A stretch of DNA of 56,984 nt from a virus, in IMG/VR virus record IMGVR_UViG_3300033987_000026. The stretch is one strand, 5' to 3'. Below the pieces are notes generated by a model. It was not told the origin of the DNA. It did no database searches and saw only the letters and a program-made list of their open reading frames with translations. The first letter of the stretch is position 1. Each line of letters starts with the position of its first letter. A program made the position numbers and the translations under genes. This document shows positions 8,960 through 16,978 of this stretch, piece by piece.

Positions 8960-9911
8960 GAGCAAGATAGAATGGTGTGATTTCACCTGGAACCCGGTCA
9001 CAGGCTGCCGGCACGGCTGCCCATACTGCTACGCAGCAAAGCAGGCAAGACGCTTTTCCGGAGATGTAAGGCTGAATAAGAGTTCAGACCAGCTGAAAAG
9101 AGACGAGAATGGTCTGTATATCCTGGACAAGCCATTTAAAAACCAGGTAGGCAAGGTTATACCGGACCCGGTGGGATTTGAGCCGATAATGCACAAATAC
9201 CGCCTGCCAATGCCGGCACAAAAGAAGAAACCGGCCAAGATTTTTGTAGTATCCATGGGAGATTTATTCGGATCCTGGATACCGGACAGCTGGATCGAGG
9301 AAGTATTCAGGGCCTGTGATGCAGCACCATGGCACACCTACATGTTTTTAACAAAGAACCCACGCAGGTATGTGGAGCTGGCCGAAAAAGGCATACTCCG
9401 GACCGGCGACAACTTCTGGTACGGCAGCACAGCGACCACACCGGAAACGGAATTCTTCTGGGACGAAAAACTAAACACATTTGTAAGCATTGAACCAATT
9501 CACGCACCATTCCCGGACGTCATACGCCCGGATAACGGCCTTCAAAAGGTGAAATGGGTAATCATCGGAGCAGAGACAGGAAACCAAAAAGAAAAGGTGG
9601 TACCGGAGAAAAGCTGGATCAGGGACATAGTCAAGGCCTGCTGGGTAGCAAAGATACCGGTATTCCTGAAGGATAACTTAAAGGAGGTGTGGGGAGAGGA
9701 CCTCATCCAGGAGTGGCCGGCAGGAATGCCGATGGACAAAGGAAACGACGTGCCGCAATGCAAAGAATGCGAGCATTGCGAAATAACACCTGAAGGTAAG
9801 AGAGGGAACCGGCACTACTGCAGGAAGGAAGACCGGCACGTTTTAGGAAGATACGCCAGGACAAGCCCGCCATGGTGCCCACTGCGAAAGGAGGATATCA
9901 ATGATAAATAA
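8949..9911 (+). CDS. Phage Gp37/Gp68-family (DUF5131-like) protein with Cys-rich C-terminal extension
   Basis: KIEWCDFTWNPVTGCRHGCPYCYA N-terminal signature. C-terminal CKECEHC cluster. Confidence 0.7.
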   Translation: MMNKSKIEWCDFTWNPVTGCRHGCPYCYAAKQARRFSGDVRLNKSSDQLKRDENGLYILDKPFKNQVGKVIPDPVGFEPIMHKYRLPMPAQKKKPAKIFVVSMGDLFGSWIPDSWIEEVFRACDAAPWHTYMFLTKNPRRYVELAEKGILRTGDNFWYGSTATTPETEFFWDEKLNTFVSIEPIHAPFPDVIRPDNGLQKVKWVIIGAETGNQKEKVVPEKSWIRDIVKACWVAKIPVFLKDNLKEVWGEDLIQEWPAGMPMDKGNDVPQCKECEHCEITPEGKRGNRHYCRKEDRHVLGRYARTSPPWCPLRKEDINDK

Positions 9912-10611
9912 AATACTACTTAAACTTCGTGAAGAAATGGGAATATCCCAAGAAATAGCTGCAAAAGCCTTGAATGTTTCCCGGTCCGCCCTTGGATATT
10001 ATGAAAGGGGTGAGCGCCAGCCTGATGCTTCTTTTATTATCAAAGCTGCAGATTTTTTTGGTGTTACTGCTGACTATCTCCTGGGTAGATCTGACTATCG
10101 TTCAGTAGAAAATCAGGCAATAGCAAATAAATTTGAACTTCCATTATCTGATAAGGCAATCTCTTTTTTGAAGTCCGTTCCTCCTGAGCTTCAACCTACC
10201 CTTGATTTGTTATTTGCAGATCAGAACTTTGAGAACTTTTTACTTGAATTAGTAAAAAATAGCACAAGACAAAAGGCTCTGCAGCTTGTCAACCAAGAGC
10301 GTAATCGCCAGGATGAAAAATGGGGAGAGCAAAACCACCCGCCTCAATACTGGACGGGGATCCTTGGAGAAGAATTCGGAGAATACTGCCAGGCTGTAAA
10401 TGAAACTGTATTCGACAATGGAGCGGAGGCTCGTAAAAAAGGTGGTTATGACAACATGATGAAAGAGCTCACCCAAGTGGCGGCTGTGGCCGTAGGAGCA
10501 ATGGAAGCACTCATGAGGCAGAGAATAAGAGAACAGATCTCCGAAAGGAAGAAAATCAAAGAGATAGAGAATTACCTGGCCACAACAGGACGAAAGGATG
10601 AAATAAAATGA
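9901..10611 (+). CDS. XRE-family HTH domain fused to a MazG-like all-alpha NTP pyrophosphohydrolase domain
   Basis: N-terminus ISQEIAAKALNVSRSALGYYERGERQP. C-terminus ERNRQDEKWGEQNH...WTGILGEEFGEYCQAVNE. Confidence 0.65.
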   Translation: MINKILLKLREEMGISQEIAAKALNVSRSALGYYERGERQPDASFIIKAADFFGVTADYLLGRSDYRSVENQAIANKFELPLSDKAISFLKSVPPELQPTLDLLFADQNFENFLLELVKNSTRQKALQLVNQERNRQDEKWGEQNHPPQYWTGILGEEFGEYCQAVNETVFDNGAEARKKGGYDNMMKELTQVAAVAVGAMEALMRQRIREQISERKKIKEIENYLATTGRKDEIK

Positions 10612-10991
10612 TCCACAACCAGCAATGTGAGATATGCCGAGAACCTACCAAGAGACCGGTAGGTTTCTGGGATGGATATAACAAAGGCGGAAAAAGCACA
10701 GGTGGTTATTTATATACCTGCAGCAATATGGAGTGTTACATCAGGCAAGAGGAGGCTAAAAAAGAGCTGGAGGAAAAGCAAAAGATAGAAAAATCCATGG
10801 ACGAAAACCGCCGGAACAAAGTAGACATTCACAGGATGAAAAGAATCAGAAGACTTGTAGGTATGACCATAGCTGACTGCGCCAAAGCAATAGGCGTCAG
10901 CCCTTCAACCTTCAGCAATTACGAAAACTTCAGGGAGCCGATGCCGCCGCAGGAATTTAATAAAATAATGGCCATATTGAAGGAGGGATAG
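10608..10991 (+). CDS. Zinc-ribbon plus HTH (XRE-like) small regulator
   Basis: CEICRE...CSNMEC N-terminus. C-terminal MTIADCAKAIGVSPSTFSNYEN. Confidence 0.6.
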   Translation: MIHNQQCEICREPTKRPVGFWDGYNKGGKSTGGYLYTCSNMECYIRQEEAKKELEEKQKIEKSMDENRRNKVDIHRMKRIRRLVGMTIADCAKAIGVSPSTFSNYENFREPMPPQEFNKIMAILKEG

Positions 10992-10995
10992 AGCT

Positions 10996-11475
10996 ATGAT
11001 GATTGAGTTTTGCGGAAATTGCAAGCTCGGAGAAGATACCAAAGACATATATCCAGGAACATGCTCTTATTTCAAAAAAGTACCGGGCAAGCACTGTGCA
11101 AACTACAGGTCACTACCATACAAGCCGAATGAAGGTCGCATGGTTTACATCGCCAGTGCGATGAGAGGAGACATAGAAGGAAACCTGAAAAAAGCTGCAG
11201 CATACTGCCAGGCAGCTGCAGAATCCGGAGTGATACCGATAGCACCGCACCTTTATTTTTCATCCTACCTGGATGACAGGATCCCGGAGGAAAGAGCTGC
11301 CGGCATGGAGATGGGACTGCAGATCCTGAAGAGGTGTGACGAGCTCTGGGTATTCGGGCCACCAACGGAAGGTATGAAGGCGGAAATAAGGCTGGCCGAA
11401 AGCCTGAAAATTCCGATCCTTTACATACCGGAAGAGACAATAAATAAGATTTTAGAGAGGAGATGTATCGCGTGA
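10996..11475 (+). CDS. DUF4406 / nucleoside 2-deoxyribosyltransferase-like protein
   Basis: VYIASAMRGD...APHLYF...CDELWVFG pattern. N-terminal Cys cluster. Confidence 0.5.
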   Translation: MMIEFCGNCKLGEDTKDIYPGTCSYFKKVPGKHCANYRSLPYKPNEGRMVYIASAMRGDIEGNLKKAAAYCQAAAESGVIPIAPHLYFSSYLDDRIPEERAAGMEMGLQILKRCDELWVFGPPTEGMKAEIRLAESLKIPILYIPEETINKILERRCIA

Positions 11476-11885
11476 ACAAAGCAATATTCACAGGACGCCT
11501 GGGCAGCGACCCAGAGCTCCGCTACACAACCACCGGAATACCGGTATGTACTTTTAACCTGGCAGTGGACAGGCCCAAGCCAAAGGACGGAGAAGGAGGA
11601 ACCGACTGGCCAACCATAGTGGCCTGGAGACATAAGGCCGAATTTGCAGCAAAGTATCTGACCAAGGGGCGCAAGATCCTTGTCGTGGCCACAGTGAGGA
11701 CCAGGGTAACAGAGGACAGCAACGGCAAAAAGCGCAAAATTACAGAGTTCTGGGCCGAGGAAATAGAGTTCTGTGACAGCAAGCCACAAAACAGCGCGGC
11801 AGCGAGCGGATACCAGGAAGACGACAGAGATTATTATACGGACGGTTTCACGCCAGTAGAAGATGATGGCGATTTTCCGTTTTAG
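11463..11885 (+). CDS. ssb: Single-stranded DNA-binding protein
   Basis: OB-fold N-terminus NKAIFTGRLGSDPELRYT and acidic tail DDGDFPF. Start may be GTG 11472. Confidence 0.9.
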   Translation: MYRVNKAIFTGRLGSDPELRYTTTGIPVCTFNLAVDRPKPKDGEGGTDWPTIVAWRHKAEFAAKYLTKGRKILVVATVRTRVTEDSNGKKRKITEFWAEEIEFCDSKPQNSAAASGYQEDDRDYYTDGFTPVEDDGDFPF

Positions 11886-11900
11886 AGAGGAGGGATAAGG

Positions 11901-12506
11901 ATGGCGATGAACAGCAAGGAGTCAATGGGCATAGCAGGCATGAGCTTTGCCTGCTTAAGCACAAGAGTATTAGAAATAGCTCTTCAAAAAGGGATAGAGG
12001 CAGGAACCAAGGCAGCAATGGAATACTTAATCGAGGAAAAGAAGGCGCAGAGGAAAGGGAGGTATGACCGACGACTACGAAATACCCGTCTGCTGCTTAA
12101 GAATTACAGGGCATTAAAACAACATGTCCAAGGCGCCGTGTTCAACGCCAAGCAGGCAAAGGAAAGCGCAATAGACATATTAGATGGTTTGGACGAGTTC
12201 AGCTTCGATGATAACCTATACATCGAAAGCATAAAGAGGAGCCAGCAGAGGACATTCATCATCCTACAACACATAGACGAGATGTTGAAATATTTCAGGA
12301 TAGCCTGCGAGCAATCAGGCAGGGAGGAAGAGATGAGATGGTATAGGATCATCATGAAGACCTACATAGACGAGGAAAGGAAAACAGCTGAACAAATTGC
12401 AGAGGAAGAACACATAGAAAGGCGCACAGTTTACAAGAATATCAACGCAGCAATAAAGCCTCTCTCTGCCCTGATTTTTGGCATTGACAGCCTCAAACTT
12501 TACTAA
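11901..12506 (+). CDS. Putative late-gene transcriptional activator (ArpU/RinA-like, sigma region-4-like HTH)
   Basis: LLLKNYRALKQHV and C-terminal TAEQIAEEEHIERRTVYKNINAAIKPLS. Located immediately upstream of the packaging operon. Confidence 0.55.
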   Translation: MAMNSKESMGIAGMSFACLSTRVLEIALQKGIEAGTKAAMEYLIEEKKAQRKGRYDRRLRNTRLLLKNYRALKQHVQGAVFNAKQAKESAIDILDGLDEFSFDDNLYIESIKRSQQRTFIILQHIDEMLKYFRIACEQSGREEEMRWYRIIMKTYIDEERKTAEQIAEEEHIERRTVYKNINAAIKPLSALIFGIDSLKLY

Positions 12507-12507
12507 A

Positions 12508-12576
12508 AAGTATGGTGCAAGAACCATGCCAGCACAGGGCACAAACTGGGCACTGTAAAGGCACTTTAAATATTAT
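12508..12576 (+). promoter_or_regulatory. Candidate late promoter with phased GCAC repeats
   Basis: AAGTATGGTGC (12508), CCAGCACAGGG (12529-12539). GCAC at 12539, 12550 and 12561 (11-bp spacing), then TATTATAAAAT. Confidence 0.4.
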
Positions 12577-12603
12577 AAAATGATAGCGTGGAGGAGTGGA
12601 AAT

Positions 12604-14235
12604 ATGGCCAAGAAAAAGGCGACAAATACCTTCATCGAGATTGACTACTCAACCGAGGCAACACCGAGGGCAGTAACACCGGATGGAATTCCGGTTTTCT
12701 GTGCTTATGATGATATCATTCCGATTGAGAAGGCAATCCCGAACCCCAAGAACCCGAACCAGCACAGCCAAGCTCAAATAGAGCTGCTGGGGAACATCAT
12801 CAAAGCAAACGGATGGAGAGTAGCGGTCACCATTTCAAAGAGGAGCGGCTTCATTGTCAAAGGACATGGCCGACGCCTGGCAGCGCTTTATATCAAGAGC
12901 GGATACATCCCGGTAGATTACCAGGACTACACCAACGAGGCTGAGGAATGGGCCGACCTCATAGCAGACAACAGACTGGCAGAGCTCTCAACCATGGATA
13001 CGGGAATGCTGGTCGATTTAATAAACGAAATGGACACCGGCGAGGTACCGGTGGAAATGACCGGCTACACCGAGGAGGACCTGGCGGCCATCATAGCAGC
13101 TCTGGAAGGAGCAGACGACACGGTGGACGACAAGGTCGACGATGTACCGGAGGCACAAAACATACCAATGACCAAGGCCGGAGACATCTGGTTCCTTGGA
13201 CCACATAAACTGCTATGCGGCAGCGCAACCGATAGAGAGGCCATCGAAAAGCTGATGGCCGGAGAAAAAGGCCAAATGGTCAACACAGATCCACCATACG
13301 GAGTAAGCTACGAAACCCAGAGCGGTAAGTTTGACATGATCAAGAACGACGATCTCACCGGCGACGATTTAATGGCCGGCCTTCTGATACCTGCATTTAA
13401 GAATTATGTGGAGTTCACGGATCCGGACGCAGCCTTTTATATCTGGCATGCCAGCAGCACCAGGCGAGACTTTGAGGACGCCATGACAGCTGCAGGCCTC
13501 ATCGAAAAGCAATACATCATCTGGGTAAAGAACGCACCGGTACTGGGCCATGCAGACTACCAATGGGCGCATGAACCGTGTTTCTATGCAGAGAAAGCAG
13601 GCCAGAGCGCCCACTTCTACGGAGACAGATCGCAAAGGACCACCTGGAAAGTAGTCCTCCGGGATAGCAACCACATGGCAACGGTTCTCACAGGAGGTGT
13701 CGTATTGACCGATGGAGCAGGAGGAAAGGTATTCCTCAATGATAAGCCACCAAAGGGCAAGAAGATCAGGTATATACGCTTAAGCGAAGGCAAGAGCGTC
13801 TGCCTGTATCCGGAGAGCAAAGCCTCCACAGTCTGGGAAGTAGCCAGAGAAACCGGTACAGAGCACCCGACACAAAAGCCGGTAGAACTTGCAATCAGAG
13901 CCATAGACAACAGCAGTAAACCAGGAGACCTTGTGCTTGACTTCTTCGGAGGTTCCGGGAGCACACTTATAGGAGCTGAAATGACCGGCAGGCGATGCAA
14001 CATGGTGGAGCTGGATCCAAGATACTGCGATGTGATCATTAACCGGTATGTGCGTTTTACAGGAAATATCGGAGTGACCTGCCTGCGAGATGGCCAGGAG
14101 CTGACATATATGCAGCTTAAGCAGGAGAACGACAAGCTCAATGGCCTTGCGGGGGGGTACAGAATAGTGATATTTAAGGCAAGGTGCACATTGACCCGAT
14201 TTATTCGTTTCATAGACAAAATATTCAGGAGATAA
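12604..14235 (+). CDS. ParB-like nuclease domain fused to an N6/N4 DNA methyltransferase
   Basis: N-terminal PNPKNPNQHS...KGHGRRLAA. TDPPYG motif IV followed by LDFFGGSGST motif I. Confidence 0.85.
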   Translation: MAKKKATNTFIEIDYSTEATPRAVTPDGIPVFCAYDDIIPIEKAIPNPKNPNQHSQAQIELLGNIIKANGWRVAVTISKRSGFIVKGHGRRLAALYIKSGYIPVDYQDYTNEAEEWADLIADNRLAELSTMDTGMLVDLINEMDTGEVPVEMTGYTEEDLAAIIAALEGADDTVDDKVDDVPEAQNIPMTKAGDIWFLGPHKLLCGSATDREAIEKLMAGEKGQMVNTDPPYGVSYETQSGKFDMIKNDDLTGDDLMAGLLIPAFKNYVEFTDPDAAFYIWHASSTRRDFEDAMTAAGLIEKQYIIWVKNAPVLGHADYQWAHEPCFYAEKAGQSAHFYGDRSQRTTWKVVLRDSNHMATVLTGGVVLTDGAGGKVFLNDKPPKGKKIRYIRLSEGKSVCLYPESKASTVWEVARETGTEHPTQKPVELAIRAIDNSSKPGDLVLDFFGGSGSTLIGAEMTGRRCNMVELDPRYCDVIINRYVRFTGNIGVTCLRDGQELTYMQLKQENDKLNGLAGGYRIVIFKARCTLTRFIRFIDKIFRR

Positions 14236-14290
14236 CGGCAGGTCACAACAAAGGGCCTGCCTTTTAATATTCAGGAAAGGAGGTAGCAGC

Positions 14291-14875
14291 ATGGGGAAGC
14301 GCAAGGAAAATGTCTATCCGTGGGAACGGATCCCAGGGGAGACTTCCAGGGAATATCAGAAGTTCTGTGCATACCGGGACATGAACTCATCGGATAAACC
14401 AATCCGGAAACGCAGCCTTCAAAGGCTGGCCAAGGAGCTGGGACTTTCACTGGACCACCTAAAGAAGTTAAGCGCCAAGAATGACTGGGTAAGCAGAGCC
14501 GCAGCATATGACGAATACCTGGATGAGCTGGCCAGAGAGCAAAACGAGGCTGAAATCATCAAGATGCGTAAGAACCATGCGCTGCTGGCCTCTCAAATGA
14601 TCACCAAGGCGGCCAAGAGGCTGCTAACAATGCCGGAAGAGGAGATAACCGCAGCCGACCTCGTGCGCCTGGTCGATGTCGGAGTGAAAATCGAAAGATT
14701 GAGCCGCGGCGAATCCACCGAAAATAGACAGATAAGCGGAGAGGCAAAGGTCATTCACCAGGGAGAAGTAACGGTTAAAAATCCGATGAGCCTGGACCTT
14801 TCCCGATTATCTGACGAGGAGCTGTCGAACCTTGAACAGCTACTGGAAAAACTACATCCAGAGCCAGATGTTTGA
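14291..14875 (+). CDS. terS: Terminase small subunit (putative)
   Basis: AAAGGAGG RBS. HTH-like N-terminus. Directly upstream of and overlapping TerL. Confidence 0.6.
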   Translation: MGKRKENVYPWERIPGETSREYQKFCAYRDMNSSDKPIRKRSLQRLAKELGLSLDHLKKLSAKNDWVSRAAAYDEYLDELAREQNEAEIIKMRKNHALLASQMITKAAKRLLTMPEEEITAADLVRLVDVGVKIERLSRGESTENRQISGEAKVIHQGEVTVKNPMSLDLSRLSDEELSNLEQLLEKLHPEPDV

Positions 14876-16325
14876 TGTTAACGCTCTGCGGGAAGCGATC
14901 CTGAAGGAGAAAGCGGAGCGCAACCTTTCAGAGTTCATCAAACAAGCGTGGCAAGTAATCGAACCAGGCACGCCGTATGTAGAGAACTGGCACATTGATT
15001 TAATAAGCGAGTATCTCCAAGCGGTGGATAACTGCGAGATATTGAGGCTTATAATCAATATCCCGCCCCGGCACATGAAGTCCATACAAACAACAGTGTG
15101 CTACCCAGCCTGGTCATGGATCAAGAAACCGGAAAAGCGTTTTATAAAAGTTTCATACAGTGACAGCTTATCCAGGAAGCATAACGTACTCTGCAGAGAT
15201 ATTATTAGAAGCCCATGGTACCAGAAAAACTGGGGAGACCGGTTCAAGATCAAGGACGACGTCGACAGGCAGGATGAGTTCAAAAATAATCACCACGGAA
15301 TGATGTTCTCCACGAGCGTAGGCGGCCGATTAACCGGTGAAGGCGGAGATGTAATCATCGTGGACGACCCGCAAAATCCTCTCATGGCCAACAGCGCCAC
15401 AGAGAGAGAAGCATCGATAGCATTCTTTAAGAACACGCTGCAGACCCGTCTCAATGATCCGAAAAAAGGCGCAATAATCGTAATCATGCAGAGACTGCAT
15501 GAGAACGACCTGACAGGCTACATTCTTTCAGAGCAGCTGGGATATGAACATGTATGTCTGCCGGCAGAAGCTCCAGAAAGGACAATTATTCATTTTCCGA
15601 TAAGTGGCCGTGAGATTATCCGGGAGAAAGGAGATCTTCTTAATCCACAGCGCTTTGACAAAGAAACCCTGGAAGGCCTCAAGAAATCCATGGGAAGCGC
15701 TCAATATGCCGGACAGTTCCAGCAGACACCGGCGCCGGCTGAAGGTTTAATATTCAAGAGAGAATGGCTGGGGAATTTCTTCAAGGCAGCACCTCACCAA
15801 AGCATGCTTATTCAATCCTGGGATATGCCGTTCACTAAAAGCGAAGGCAGCGCCAAATGTGCAGGCATTGTCATGGGAAGGAATGGCTCCAACATTTACA
15901 TCCATGACCTGGTGAACGACAAAATGAGCTTCACAGAGAGCGTGGCTGCAGTTCGCACACTTACAGGCAAGTGGCCAAAAGCCAGAGCGAAGGTTATAGA
16001 AAACAAAGCAAATGGCCCGGCCATCGTTGACCTTCTGAAAAAAGAGATCCCAGGCATGGTGGAGTTTAACCCGAAGGGCAGTAAGGAAGAGCGTGCAATC
16101 AGTGTAACACCTTACTTTGAAGCGGGAAATATCTGGTTCCCAGATCCAGAAACGCACCCATGGGTACACGACTTAATCAATGACCTTTTGATATTTCCAA
16201 AAGGGCAATACAAGGATACAGTAGACGCCCTGGTACAAGGTATTTTATATCTCATGGATAAACCGTCCATGACAGGTCCGCCAAAGAACACTAACCTTAT
16301 AAAGAGCAGCTACTGGCGACGATAA
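14868..16325 (+). CDS. terL: Terminase large subunit
   Basis: PPRHMKS Walker A-like, VIIVDDPQNP Walker B, MQRLHENDLTG. Start overlaps the TerS stop. Confidence 0.9.
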   Translation: MFDVNALREAILKEKAERNLSEFIKQAWQVIEPGTPYVENWHIDLISEYLQAVDNCEILRLIINIPPRHMKSIQTTVCYPAWSWIKKPEKRFIKVSYSDSLSRKHNVLCRDIIRSPWYQKNWGDRFKIKDDVDRQDEFKNNHHGMMFSTSVGGRLTGEGGDVIIVDDPQNPLMANSATEREASIAFFKNTLQTRLNDPKKGAIIVIMQRLHENDLTGYILSEQLGYEHVCLPAEAPERTIIHFPISGREIIREKGDLLNPQRFDKETLEGLKKSMGSAQYAGQFQQTPAPAEGLIFKREWLGNFFKAAPHQSMLIQSWDMPFTKSEGSAKCAGIVMGRNGSNIYIHDLVNDKMSFTESVAAVRTLTGKWPKARAKVIENKANGPAIVDLLKKEIPGMVEFNPKGSKEERAISVTPYFEAGNIWFPDPETHPWVHDLINDLLIFPKGQYKDTVDALVQGILYLMDKPSMTGPPKNTNLIKSSYWRR

Positions 16326-16330
16326 GATAA

Positions 16331-16402
16331 AGCACTATACAAGCACAGTGCAAGTATGGTGCTTGAATGATACCAATACCAGCCCAGCACAGGGAGAGCA
16401 CA
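16331..16402. repeat. AGCAC(AG) repeat cluster A plus AAGTATGGTGC / CCAGC..AGCACAGGG module
   Basis: AGCAC at 16331, 16342, 16386 and 16397 (two pairs, each 11 bp apart). The module also occurs at 12508-12545. Confidence 0.6.
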
Positions 16403-16472
16403 ACAAAAGGTGAGGTAACCTCAAAAACAGCGTCGAATGATAAAAATCGACACAAAAATGATGAGCTTACAA

Positions 16473-16497
16473 AAGCGTTCAAAACGCTTATTTTTTA
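16473..16497 (+). terminator. Rho-independent terminator after terL
   Basis: AAGCGTT-CAA-AACGCTT stem-loop followed by ATTTTTTATT. Confidence 0.7.
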
Positions 16498-16543
16498 TTC
16501 GCTTCAACCGTTCCAAACCCAGCAATAATGCGGCTTTGCAAAA

Positions 16544-16583
16544 AGCACAGTGCAAGCACCATACAAGCACAGTAAAAGCACAG
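16544..16583. repeat. Four AGCAC(AG) repeats at exact 11-bp phasing
   Basis: AGCAC at 16544, 16555, 16566 and 16577. Includes CAAGCACCATAC (16553-16564), the inverted copy of 16354-16365. Confidence 0.65.
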
Positions 16584-16594
16584 AACGAGCCCTG

Positions 16595-16644
16595 CTGGTA
16601 CCCTATTACCTTTAACCTATTACCTTTTACCTATTACCTATCAC
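16595..16644. repeat. 14-bp tandem iterons (CCTATTACC core)
   Basis: CCTATTACC at 16602, 16616 and 16630; CCTATCAC at 16637. 16602-16624 matches 3193-3215 at 21 of 23 positions. Confidence 0.6.
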
Positions 16645-16710
16645 TATATAGTGCGACGGGTAGGACGGGAAAGGAGGGATAAATAAAATCAAAGAGAGGA
16701 GAGATCCATC

Positions 16711-16944
16711 ATGGACACCAAAGGCTATCAATTGAGGGCCCGTTTCCTTCAGGAGGCTGAAGAGAAAGGACCAACAGCACAAATGCTGATAGTAGCTGTC
16801 AAGCTGCCAACCGGAGCCGTCGAGCTTATCACAAACACGGCCCTGCTGCACACAAAGATAGACTACTACAAGAACGCATATGATGAGGAATTCAGGCTAA
16901 AAGGGAACTCCAACGTGCAGATAGTAGGCTTCATGTTTGTGTAG
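16711..16944 (+). CDS. Hypothetical protein
   Basis: GAGAGGAG RBS. First ORF after the non-coding hub. Confidence 0.5.
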   Translation: MDTKGYQLRARFLQEAEEKGPTAQMLIVAVKLPTGAVELITNTALLHTKIDYYKNAYDEEFRLKGNSNVQIVGFMFV

Positions 16945-16978
16945 CCAGGACAAGGCGGAAAGGGAGGTGAGAAAGTAA

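Noticed and set aside
9901-11475. MazG-like plus deoxyribosyltransferase-like genes as evidence of a 2-aminoadenine (Z-base) or other hypermodified-DNA pathway
   Set aside because: I could not recognise PurZ/DatZ-like or other base-synthesis enzymes anywhere in the genome. MazG-like genes alone are common in ordinary phages.
12948-13208. Arg/Gly-rich alternative-frame ORF inside the methyltransferase gene
   Set aside because: Low-complexity translation nested in a confidently coding frame, with no RBS.
16326-16710. The repeat arrays as a CRISPR array or a protein-coding gene (track ORF 16437..16682)
   Set aside because: Repeat units are only 11-14 bp and have no spacer-sized unique inserts. 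The ORF translation is low-complexity, lacks an RBS and spans a terminator hairpin.
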